A stretch of DNA of 60,416 nucleotides from Chiloscyllium plagiosum. Lineage: Eukaryota. The position numbers and the translations under genes are program-made. The notes below the pieces were generated by a model that did no database searches, was not told where the DNA came from, and saw only the letters and a program-made list of their open reading frames with translations. The stretch covers positions 83,313,623 through 83,374,038 of the forward strand of contig NC_057711.1 of assembly GCF_004010195.1 (NCBI RefSeq). Direction: 5' to 3'. This document shows, piece by piece, positions 48,801 through 60,416 of this stretch. Each line of letters opens with the position of its first letter. Position 1 is the first letter of the stretch.

Positions 48801-49699
48801 ACAATAAACAATTTGTGGTCAAATACTATTCTACTTCTTTAGGCACCTCAAATGCATCCAGTTTCGATTTGCTAGATCTCTTCTACATCTCACCTCGATT
48901 GTTCTAACTGTTACAATCGTTATCACTTTTGTTTCTAAACTAAGAAAGATTATTGCTTTAATTTGCTTTCAATTATGTAAGATCATGGAGTCTCAGGTTT
49001 ACCAGCAACTTATGTTGGGTTTTAGGTTTTCATTCTTGGATTCTGTACATTTCTATTGCTCTGCCGAGAACTTAGCATGTTTGGAGATGCTTTGACCTTC
49101 ATTTACCTTGACATTAAAGACTGACTTATGTCTTCTTCCATTCAGCTTCCTTGCAGGTGATTTCATGTAAGCCTTGAGATGTGTTGATCAGAGAGACACT
49201 AGGGCAAGATGTCCTTTGTCTCTCCATATTTTGAAAGTATCCTCATTGTTGCTGTGCCTTCACACAGTTAATGAGGTGATAAGGTCATGATTTTCAACCC
49301 ACACTGTTCTGTGAATTCCTTAACTTCTCTACAAAGCAACTGTTACAGATTATTCTTTCAAGATTCCCTTGCTTGGAAAGACAGATAGTGCTGTTAAGAT
49401 GATTGCTATAGCTTCATTCACTTTTTGGATAAAGGGAACTTAGGATAATAGTTTACAACATGAGATGCTATTATTTGTGTGTGAATGTGTCAGTTCTCTC
49501 AGTGTGGCAGAGTCAGGATGGTACTTCAGTAGCTCTCATTGGCTGTGTGTTTTCTGTATTTCTGGTATACATTGCATGCAGACATCAGTTGCACACAGTC
49601 TTAGTGGATCTGGTTCTGAACTTACTCTTCCCCATTCCCACGTGGCCTCTGGAGAAGTTTCTCATGCATCATTTGTATATGATGACTCTAGATCCGTAA

Positions 49700-51000
49700 C
49701 CAGAACACCATCATCTCGTCAGGTGTCAGGTGGAATTTTTCAGGAGCCTGAACAATATGTGCTAACAATCTTATGAACTGCAGGTTTCACTTCATTAATA
49801 TGCAGTTTGCTATCCTACCACACAATGTGAGCAAACTAGATGCCAAGAATTCCCAGCATGGAGCTCAGAGTGGTTACCTAACATCTGATATCTGCTGGTT
49901 GCAGACAGTCTCCATGTTTGTCATGACACAACAGCATCTCAGGGTTTGCTCCATGGGCACCAACCACACATACCCCATTTTCCACGACCATCCTTTAAGA
50001 ACAGTCATGGCATATCTCCAATCCACTTTCAGTATGTTTCTGCAGTCAGTGTAATGCTTCAGTAAGGACACTTTATGCTCAGGGATGCACTAGGCTGTAT
50101 CTTAGTGATGTGCTTTTGCTCTCTGGGCTCACTCTCAGCCTACCTGGATGCTCACAGCAACCCCACTTTGTCTTGTTCCTCAACCAGATGCTCCAGATTC
50201 TCATTACTGCTATATTGTCATGCTGTTCAGAAACAAAGTGTGATTGTCAGCAGTCCTCAATCAAGTTAAGAGAGATAGCTTTTGCTCATGGAGTCCTAGC
50301 ATGGCGAGTGAAGGACCGCATTTGATGCCAGTCCATGATCAGTCAGCTGTTCCACATGGTCAGATTCAGGATTCTCTCCTTGTAACAGGCCAGGAGTGAA
50401 ATGTCAGGCTACCAACCACCTGCCTTGATTCTTTCTGCCCTTTTCTGGGCTGCTTTCCTTCTGGAATTACAGGAAGATGAATATTAAAATGGATGAAAGT
50501 GGGTGGCACAGCTGTTACCTTTAGTACAGTGCAGATGCACAATGTTGACTTCACTCAGTGCCAGGAAAGGAGGTCACAACACCAGGCCCTGCCTATTGAG
50601 TTGGCAGCACAAATGAGATATACGGTTAGTACTTATTGGGTTTGGTGTGGCTGACAGTGAGTGAGAGATGTTGTTGCAGGCAATATTGGGAGTGGTAAAG
50701 TATTAGCTTTGGTTAGAGGTGGGTACAAGAGCACATATAGAGTCAACGTGAAGTATGGGAGGTAAGATAGTGGCATTTAAGCTGGCAGAGTGCAGAAAGT
50801 CATTAACGTCCTTGCTGCAGTGCTGTGCCTTCCTCTAGATAGTAGAGACTGTGCTGACTCAGGTGACAATCTTAAACCAGGTTGGCATTGTCCAGTGTCC
50901 TGAGGGAAGACAACATCATGCCTCTGCACTTCTCCATCCTGCCCTCATGTGCCTGCCCTCAAAACAAGATGCCAATTTTCCATTTTCTGCCATATCTGGG
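49700..51000 (-). mobile_element. Harbinger relic: Myb/SANT-like ORF (~50780-50990), possibly transposase remnants to the left
   Basis: Minus-strand peptide TWFKIVT*VSTVSTI*RKAQHCSKDVNDFLHSA fits the Myb/SANT-like W...V...R...C.K..ND pattern. Confidence 0.5.
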
Positions 51001-52196
51001 AAAAGTACTTATAGTATTTGTACAGGTAGTATTTGTACAGGTGAACAGCAGCTTTCTGAAAATGGCCTCAGTGCGAGTCAATTCTGGGATATCCAGACAA
51101 ATTTGAGTTGGCCTGGGTATAGCGAGTAGTACAATAGGGCACGAATCAATGAGAGAGATGCCATGGGGTCAGGGTAGGTAATAATAATATAAGGCAAATT
51201 CAGTAAGATGCAGTGACAGAATCCATAACGCCTCACATGGAGAAGGCTGCCATGAAGCTCAATGGAATTGTTAGCCAAAAACAGTAAAATTCATCCATTA
51301 TCTCTGATAGACCGATGTGTATTACACGCTGTCTTTCTGATATCTTATCAGGCTGTCGGAATTGCATGCTGAGTGAGCATCTGCAACTCTTCAATGTTGA
51401 TGATTTAATCTCTAATTTAACTCAATTTTGTGGTGTTAATTTTGCTGGATGATGGATCGTTATACCTTGATGTTTTATCGTGTGTTACTGAGATAAACTG
51501 CAGCATATCACAACTCCTCAACTGTCGGATAGCAGGGCCATCTGTTTCAATGAGGTGGACAAAACAGTTATCACTTTCTCCCTTTGTGTCCCTCTGCTTT
51601 GGATTGACCCTCGCTATTGAATCTCAGTTCTTTCCCATTTACTGTTAACATAATATTGCTCCATTTTAATGTACTTTTCCTTGGGTATCTGTTTACATTC
51701 ACATTTTCAGGAATGACGTTCTCATGTTATGTTATGATCCCAGAATAGATTGCGAAACTTATGATTCCAGAGCACACCGCTAAATTATGTTATGATCTGG
51801 TTGGTGACCAGTAACTTTTAAAATAGACAAAAGGTGAGCTCTTGATGACTTCTAGGAGAATAAAATCATAGGATTTAAAGATTTTGAATAAACTGCAATA
51901 AATTCTTGCCTACAGTCTTAGAATAGTTATATAATCTACACTACATGTATAACTTATTTCTAACACCCAGAATTAATATATAGTAAGCAGGGGTAACAGA
52001 CTGTGATTGAGCATCCCACAGCATACATCAAACAATAAACATGATCAAGGCAGATCCTATGGATCATTTAACTGCTTCCTCCAAATGTTAATTACACAGT
52101 AATTCATCAAATATCTTTAAACTTTACAAGGGATAACAATTCTTTCCTTTTGATGATCGGGCTGTAAAGTTCCCTGTCAATAGCTGTTCTGTCATA

Positions 52197-52283
52197 AGTT
52201 AAAAATCATACAACACCAGGTTATAGTCCAACAGGTTTAATTGGAAGCACACTAGCTTTCGGAGCGACGCTCCTTCCGAATCA
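52197..52283 (-). mobile_element. Short PLE family B terminus insertion, truncated within the HHR core
   Basis: Matches ~18431-18510; TGTTCTGTCATA duplicated at 52185-52196 and 52284-52295. Confidence 0.88.
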
Positions 52284-54084
52284 TGTTCTGTCATAGACTG
52301 CCTCAATGACTACTCCTGTTCTGGTCAATCATCCTCCTGTCCTTTGATCACATTCCCCTGTACTCTGAAATTGCACTCCAGTACTCCTTCACAAGTGTAA
52401 CTCCAGCCCTTCGCTGAGCTAGTCCTGGTTTATCCCCAAGTTCCAAACTTTGCATAGTTACATCAAGCAAATGCTGCTTGTCCATTTTAACCACCCGCTT
52501 TTCTCAATTACACTGAAGTATTAACATTCATAGCCTTCTTCCAAATCACTCTCAGCTTTACGCAAGCAGAAACGGTGACCTTCCTACTTTCTCAGTTTTC
52601 TGAGTCCTGACTCCAATTCTTAGCTTCATATCAATTCCTAGAACTATCAACACAGAAGAACTCAACTATGGATTCCTCACTGAGTTCACCTTTACAGAAT
52701 CTGTGTAATTCAATTGTTTTCCCAGCAAGACAGCTAACTGCTCCACTCTTTAAACTGAGTCTACCTCTCTCTCCATCTCCAACAAAATATGTCATTTGAG
52801 CTTCTCTCCAATGACCCCCAAACTGTCCTGAGTGACCAATTGCAAACCTTGCAATAAACACTACCCTTCTTGCTGAGCAGAACTGAATCTTGCTTAGTTG
52901 GAACAGAATGTGCTCTGAACGTTATATTTCACAGAGAATATCAGTTATTTCAGTATGAAAGAAATGGATATAACCAGAGGATTTCATCATGAGTCTGAGC
53001 CAGAAGCTGATAATCTGTGCTCCAATATTAGCTTCGGTGTTAGCCGATTTCTCACCCTCTTCCTGATCTGAAACATTGTGTAAATTTATATTCTCTGAAA
53101 GCTTTCACATTGGGCTATTTCATGCATTTCTAACCCAGTTATGTCCTTAAACTTGTCATTATCTTCCAGGGTATGGACACTGTGGTTCCTTTTACTTCTT
53201 AGCTGCCCTGATGCTCCATCTCTTATAATTTGTCTACTACCTTTTGTAGTTCCACACATCTTTTTCCAATGATTTGCCTTTCCATAAGGTATGCAGTTCA
53301 ATCCACATCCAGGATAGTTTTTTTTATTTGTGTCAACTTGTGGTCATCCACAGTCTTGCACATCATTCTCACTGTCTGAAAGTTTTGGTTGTTTCACTGT
53401 ATCAACTCTGCTACTTTTTTTCCTTACTTAACTGTAAAGGTTAGGTGTTTAAATAGTCAATATCTTCAAACTGTCTACCCATTGCTTCCCATGCTCTGGC
53501 AGTGTCTCAAACCTGCAATAATTTTCCAATAAAGTCTTTTTGTACCTCAGGGAATGTAGAGCCCCAAATGAGCTGATCAAGCAGTGATTCAAAAGAAATC
53601 TGAATTTGTAGTTAAAGCTTAAAAGTATAATGCAGCAAAATTTGATGAATTAAGATTTCTTACAGTAATAATTTACCAATAACACTAAGTTAAGTGTTAT
53701 TTCAGCAACATATTTTGAATTACATAAAAAAAGTTCCCCTTTTCTATTTATCATTCATTATACCCTAAACAGAATCACAGTCCTCAGCACACAATCCACA
53801 ATTGGCATCTGCTTTCCCAATTTGTTAAGTGGTTACTCTGAGTAACCAATTTTGGCACTTCACATAATTTTTGGAGCATTTCAAACATAAGGGTTATGTT
53901 TTTTTTTGTTTTCAAAACTGGGTATTAAAATAAGAGAGAATTGTTGTAAAAACTAATGCTTAAAAGAGTGGCTACAGTTCTGAAAGCAAGTAACCGGATA
54001 GCCATGGCAGGCATTGGAAACAACTGTTTGAGCAAGCAGTACTTGACATTCAGGTTGGAGCCAACCGGGAGCTGAGGGTGTGTA

Positions 54085-54400
54085 GTTTTTTTTTAAAGGG
54101 ATATAGGCTTTGCTGGCTGGACAGCATTTACTGCCTGTTCCTAGATGTCCTTGATAAGATGGTGATGAGCTGCCTTCTTGAACCGCTATAGGCACAGTGA
54201 CAGTGAAACAACAGCAATATATTTCGAAGTCAGGATGGTGGGTGGCTTGGAGAGGAACTTGTAGGTTCCTATGTATTTGCTGCCCTTGTCCTTCTACATG
54301 GAAATGGTCATTGGTTTGGAAGGTGCTGTCTGAGGATCTTTAGTGAATTTCTGCAGTGTATCTTGTAGATAGTACACACTGCTGCTGCTGAGCATTGGTC
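54085..54400 (-). mobile_element. 3' end of second LINE family
   Basis: Collinear with 30660-31025. Confidence 0.78.
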
Positions 54401-54974
54401 ACTAAAGTAGTTCCTGCTGGCAACAAGAAGTTGATTGGTCTACGAACTAGTACAGTTATCAATGACAGAAACTTTTTGTTTGCCAACAACTGTGCCATTG
54501 GTTCTTGGATGGCTGAGCAGCTTGGAGCTGGAAACCGGCTACAGAGACAGAGGAGGTAAAAACATGCACAGATCTTCTCCCAGCCCACAAACTGCCCATT
54601 TTCTGCAGCCAAAAAATCAATTTAAACCTGAAGAAAACTACTTACCTTTTCTAAGCCGTTGCTGCAAGCTGGGATTTGATAAATCAGAGACATTTTCCAA
54701 GTGCACCAGTTATTCTATACTTCTTAGACAGCAGTGGAAGACCATCTGAACTACAAGGTATCTGGCCAGCCTGAAGAATGCTCTTTTCAGTATCGGTCCT
54801 GAGAAGCGAAGAATACTGAATTGACTTTCCATTTGTCAACTTCTACTAATAACATATTTTCCCTGTGTGTGTGTGTGTGTATATATATAAAAGGGAGGGT
54901 GGATTTAAAACGCAATTGGACTTTTAGTTAGTAATATTATATCTGTTTACCTATCTGTTTACCTATAAATATAG

Positions 54975-55142
54975 AGCTGAAAATGTGTTGCTGGAAAAGC
55001 GCAGCAGGTCAGGCAGCATCCAAGGAACAGCAGAATCGGCGTTTCGGGCACAATCCCTTCTTCAGGAAGAAGGGCTTATGCCCGTTTTCCAGCAACACAT
55101 TTTCAGCTCTGATCTCCAGCATCTGCAGTCCTCACTTTCTCC
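54975..55142. mobile_element. Fold-back insertion of PLE family A terminus, internally deleted right arm
   Basis: TACCTATAAATATAG at 54960-54974 and 55143-55157; turn at CCCTTCTTC-AG-GAAGAAGGG. Confidence 0.85.
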
Positions 55143-55214
55143 TACCTATAAATATAGTCTAGTTACTTGTAGTCCTCACTTTCTCCTACCTATAAATATA
55201 GTCTAGTTACTTGT
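55127..55214. repeat. Perfect 44-bp tandem duplication spanning the element/flank junction
   Basis: AGTCCTCACTTTCTCCTACCTATAAATATAGTCTAGTTACTTGT twice. Confidence 0.95.
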
Positions 55215-58200
55215 ATTGAATAAATAATTATTGTTTAGTACATTCTTTCTATTAACTTTAGTCTAAAAGCAGATACTTGGAACAAAAAAGCTTTAAGATT
55301 TGGTACAACTCCAGAAATAGCAGGGCTCACTAACCCAGTGAGTTGTAATACCTAATTCCTGTACCATCTGTAAATCACCATACTGGTATTCTTCCTCTCA
55401 TCACACCAGGATAAATCCCCCAAGACTCTTAGATAGCTGTGGGATACATCTCTTCAATCCGAGACTTGACTGTCTCTGCAAACGTCCATGGTTGTTTACA
55501 TTTGCAAAGGCAACTTTTTCTCTCTCCCCACCACACAAAATTGTCATTTGTTTATGATATCCATTGATCTGTAGGGAGGCCTATGAGCTGATGTTTCAAT
55601 GGCTTCCTCTATGTAAAACTCTCAGCAGACTCTCTTGATTCCTGCCTTAAGCAATGAAATTCATGTTGGTAGAGTTGATTATTTGAGTTTGGCTGGGGAG
55701 GTGTGGCGAAATTTACAAAGATCTTATCTGAGTTTCTGCTGTCAACTTCACTCAACTCCCAGCTATTAAACAAATGGAACCCTTTCTTTCCTGTTAACAA
55801 AATAATGTAACTGACCCTTTCTACTTTCCCAGTTCCTTTTAGAAATCAACCGAATGCTAGTCTACACTTTTGTTTAAACTTCTCAAATGCCTGGGCAATA
55901 TCAGTCTCTGAAGTCTGATCTGGAGCTGTGCGTTCATTGCTGTGATGGTGACCATTTCATTTGTGCAATTTTGCTCAGTATCTATTTTTGGACCTAATTT
56001 GGGTTGAGTTTTTCCATTTTACTCAGTGTTGAAATTTAATTTTTTTTGTGTGTTTTAGTCTTGGACAACTGCTGCTACCATGTTCTGACTTCCGGTTGCT
56101 AATAAACTCAAAATATTTACATCTTAGACACAGAAATGCTGGAGCTTTGTTGAGTGAATTTCTCATTACTTTCGGTGGGACTGGTACATTGCTACTCGGC
56201 TCCAGACTGCAGTCCAACAGTGAATGTGGCACTCTGGGATATTTATTCACATGACAGTCAGCCCCTGGCTCTTTACCAATATCAGTATAACAATATAACA
56301 TACATTTCAATTGTAGGTCTGCCAGGAGAATCTGTTGCTTCATTTAAGGCTATGTCTATTTCTTAGCCACCAGTGATAGAATGGTTACAAATCTCTTTGT
56401 CTGTAGGAGCTGTCATATGAACTGAAAGAAGGAGAACTGATTAGATCCAAGAACAAAATGTTAAAAATGACATTAAATTAGTCATATAGAATTTTATCAG
56501 GCTAAATGTTTTACCTGTGTGCTATTTTTAATCTCTTAGTTAGATCATATCACACTTTCTTTTGATTTTACAATGTAATTGATATTTCTTAACAGAAAAT
56601 GGAATACATCCAAACATGTCACCAATCTGACAAAAATAATTCACTGACAGATTTCACTCTAGATGAATTTAGATACTGTCATGTCCTAATATATTATGAG
56701 TTTTCAGTCAATACTTGCAGAAATTGGACATAAACAGGCTACTAGATGGTTAGTGTAAATCATGTGATCTTTGGCATTTTGAGCTTCAGATCACCCTATA
56801 TTTGAATAAATTTTACAGCCATTCAGAAAATTCACAAATCCTTTTATTCAGGAAAGATCTCCATAAAGGAACTTTAGTATTCTAGCTGGCCTATCTCTCT
56901 GTTTTTCATCCTGGACAAAAGAGAACATTGAAATTCAATATGTGCAAGTTGACTGAATAGATCCTACCCTCTTTCCATTATGTTATGATTGTCCCTCATG
57001 CAACCTAAAATGGCTGCCTGAAACTTTCAAGGTGTTAAATACAACACAGGATATATCATCAATATGCCATGTTTTGTTTGGAAAGAGGACTTTGAAACTG
57101 TGGAAATTTCATAGTGAGGAAGCTATTTTGTTGTGGGCTTTTAAATCAGCAAGAAGCTTTCTGCAGCTAATTGAGAATTCCACTGAAAGTCATTGATATT
57201 GTTGTAACTCCTCCAAGCTGTCATGGTTCACAAAAAGCAATACTTGAAAGAGTAAGATCCTGATAGCATAGGATTCTCCCAAACTGGTTCCAACTTCAAA
57301 TTCACCTAAGAATCAACCTCCTGGAAATCTTGTCATCCATTCTTTTACTAAGCCTTCACTTCAGTAAAAATATCAGCTTCAGTTACAAAATTGCTGGCCA
57401 GCGAAGGAAAGGATTGTGACAATTATAAGCATTAACAATCTAATACTTTCATTTGTATCCAATCTGTGTATGTGTCCGAGATGAATGAATGAAATGTATT
57501 ATTCCATAACACGTAGTAAGAATAAATCATCAGCTTTAGTTTAAAACTCTGAAAAAGCTTGCTGTTTAATGCTTTTAATTGGAACATTTGCTTTGTGAGT
57601 GATGAAATGCAAACCTTTTACAAACAAAATTACTAGTCATGAGCAGTATAGAGAAACTCTCTTCATGATAACACACTCATATATGTCATAAAATAGGCAG
57701 ATCAGTAATCTTCTGATCTAGTTATTGTATAAACTGGATAGCTCATCATTGTGACTATATGTGAACAATCAGCTGAGACAAACAACATTTGACTATATTC
57801 TTCCAGAAGTAGTATTTCAGTGGATGTGTTGACATCTCCTGCTGACCCCATCTGAGGTTGGAGTATGTTACCATGTTTTATATACTAACGACAATTGCCT
57901 ACACTACAATGGTTGTATTTTGGATATCAAACTAAGTAGAAGATTTGTAAAAGTTTGTCCTGCCATTCCACTAATGTTGTGGCAGTCAAATATGAAACTG
58001 GAATAACAGCAGTAAGAATAAGGTAATATTGAGGGAGAAAAGTGGAATTAAATTTGTAAAGTTTGTGTTTAAAATTCAGTTCTTAAATTAGTAGCAAACT
58101 TTATTAACACACAATAGCTTCAACCATGTAGATGAAATAAAATGTTGTTATGTTATCTATTATTATACATCGCCTTCACCCATATCTTCAGAAATCAGCT

Positions 58201-58514
58201 GAGTTTCTAATTAACTGTCTGTAACAGATCTGTAATTCATTTGTTCAGACAGCAGTTTCATTCCAAGGCAATTACAGAATTGCAGATGTTTTTAATATAA
58301 TACTTGAAAACGTTTTCTCATGTAAGTTCATTGTTATGATTTCCTCATCAATTTTATAAGATCTTTATCAAGAAAGCAATGTGTTCTCTGCTTCTTATAT
58401 CCCTTGCACTCATGGCTTAGTTTTATCATTGAAACTGTTGCTTAGTTTCTTCTGGGAATTATATAAATACAAAGCATCAAGCAGAAGATAGTTGTGAACA
58501 GAGTCTTTGTTATA

Positions 58515-59065
58515 TTTCTTCATTCATGGATTGTCAGAATTGCTGGCAAGGCTAGCATTTATTGCCTATCCCTCCTGCTGTTGAATAAGTTGAAATTAGT
58601 CTCGTCTTGTTTAGTAGAGAGTTTGTACAATTTGGCTAAACAATGACTAAGGAATAATGATATCATTCCGAGTTAGAATGATAAGAAACTTGGAAAAGAA
58701 CTCACAGGTGACATGCGGATCTATATGGCTGCTGCCCTTGTTCATTCAATCAATAGAGAGCTCAGATTTTGACAGTGTCATAAAAGGAGCTTTGCTAATT
58801 GCCCAGTGAATTTTATGATGGTATACTCTGCCCCACCACTGTGTTGATTCATAGAATGCAAGTCAAGAGAGCTGCTTTGTCTTTGACAGTGTTGAAGCCT
58901 TTTAGATTTTGGAGAAGTAGCACTCATTCAGGCAAAGAGTCTTGTGGCTTGTAGATGATGAAAATACTTTGGGAAGTTGGGTGGTGAGTAACACTGAGTA
59001 GCCAGCTTCTGGCCTAACGCTGTACCCCCAGTATTTACACATCTGATCCAAATAGGTTTTTAGTC
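58515..59065 (-). mobile_element. Old 3' end of second LINE family
   Basis: TTCATTCATGG...GCTGGCAAGGCTAGCATTTATTGCCTATCCC; weakly collinear with 30670-31290. Confidence 0.6.
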
Positions 59066-59079
59066 AATAAGAAGCTTCA

Positions 59080-59905
59080 AGAAACAATTGTTAGGGATAA
59101 AATTAAAAGTCACATAGAAAGAAGTGGGTTGTTTACCAAGACCCAGCATAGATTTCTAAAGGGAAAATCATGTTTAATTAACTTCTTCATTTTTTTAAAG
59201 AGATGACAGAGATCGATAAGGGTAACATTGTTGATATGTTAAATATGGATTTGAAATAAAACATTTGATACAGTACCATGCAACAGATTTGTGAGAAAAG
59301 GTGTCCCTTTTGAATAGTAGTGGTCAATGGATATTTTTATGACTGGGAAAAGGTTTGGAGGTAATTTCCCTAGGGGTTGATATTGGCACCCTTGTTTTTC
59401 CTGATATATGTTGTTAGACCTCAGCTGGGGTATTGTGTTACAGCTTTAGGCTATAGGAAGGATATGAACATAATAGAGTGAGTGCAGAAGCAATTTACAG
59501 AAATGTTTCCAGGAATGAGAAACTTCAGTTAATACAATAGATTATCAAGGTTGGGACTGTTCTCCTTGGAAAGAAGAAGTCTAAGATAAGATCTGATAGA
59601 AGATTTCAAAATATTGAAGGGGCTGTAGAGTAGGTAGGGAGAAACTGTTCCCCTTCATAAAATAATTGAACAAGAGGGCACAGATTTAAATTGATATACA
59701 AACTTAGTAAATGTGATGTGATGAATATTTCAGATCTAGAGGCAGAGTCACTTGAGGCATTCAAGACAGCATTAGATGATTCTTTGAATAGAAACAATGT
59801 GCAAGAATATGAAGAACAGGCAGGAAAATGGCACTAAATCATGATTCTTATTGGAGAGCTGGTGCAGACATGATGGGTCAAATGATTTCCTAATGTGTCT
59901 AAATG
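59080..59905 (+). mobile_element. CR1 3' portion with large internal deletions
   Basis: CAGCATAGATTTCTAAAGGGAAAATCATGTTTAATTAAC (QHRFLKGKSCLIN) and CR1-type tail. Confidence 0.7.
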
Positions 59906-60240
59906 ATTTGTGGTTATATCCATCAATCCTGTTGAATGTTAAAGTAATGCGTTTAGTCTGTTTTGTTGAAGATGGTCATTACTTGATCCTTGAATGAAAC
60001 TGAATACTCTGTAATTATCATTTGACATCTTCATTTCTCACTTCATGGTAGAGGCAATGTCATTTGGTGGAGCAGCGAAAGATCATAGGGCCAAGGACAC
60101 TAGCCAGAAGACTTACAATAATCACCGTCATTTTCCTTCGTGCCAGTAATGATTCCAGCCATTAAAGAGCTTTTCCCCTAATTCCAATGACTTCTATTTT
60201 GCTAGGGCTCCTTGAAGTAGCACTTGTTCAAATGATGCTT

Positions 60241-60416
60241 AAAAATGTGTTGCTGGAAAAGCGCAGCAGGTCAGGCAGCATCAAAGGAGAAGGAGAATCG
60301 ACGTTTCAGGCATAAGCCCTTCTTCAGGAATGAGGAGGGTGTGCCAAGCAGGCTAAGATAAAAGGTAGGGAGGAGGGACTTGGGGAGAGGTGTTGGGAAT
60401 GCGATAGGTGGAAGGA
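60241..60416 (-). mobile_element. PLE family A terminus with HHR motif (60296-60331), runs off the window
   Basis: Minus strand ATTC-CTGAAGA-A-GGGC-TTAT-GCCT-GAAA-CGTC-GATT, flanked by a purine-rich tract as at 16500-16700. Confidence 0.85.

Noticed and set aside
51012..51041. 15-bp tandem duplication (TAGTATTTGTACAGG x2)
   Set aside because: Isolated slippage event with no associated structure.

Overview
Eukaryotic genomic DNA, almost certainly from an elasmobranch (shark or ray), inferred from HE1/V-SINE-type SINEs and HER1/CR1-type LINEs. The only host gene is on the + strand: three consecutive tyrosine-kinase exons of ntrk2 (TrkB) at 9190-9320, 15304-15476 and 36197-36437. They have GT-AG boundaries and join in frame. 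I could not find the flanking exons, so the rest of the window appears intronic. The introns hold decayed CR1 LINEs (one near full length, ~38240-42890), a second CR1/L2-group LINE family, a Rex1/Babar tail, SINEs, PIF/Harbinger relics and Penelope-like element (PLE) sequences. The most striking signal is a set of about ten short insertions built only from PLE termini. Most are flanked by 12-34 bp direct repeats, many are fold-back hairpins, and they carry minimal hammerhead-ribozyme (HHR) motifs of two families. At 38929-39012 a perfect 42-bp tandem duplication creates a contiguous, foldable hammerhead on the sense strand of the ntrk2 pre-mRNA. At 18399-19909, ~420-bp inverted HHR-bearing arms enclose an RT fragment that seems to come from a different PLE family. 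All family names come from recognising motifs by eye, not from database searches, and repeat boundaries are approximate unless a duplication is quoted.
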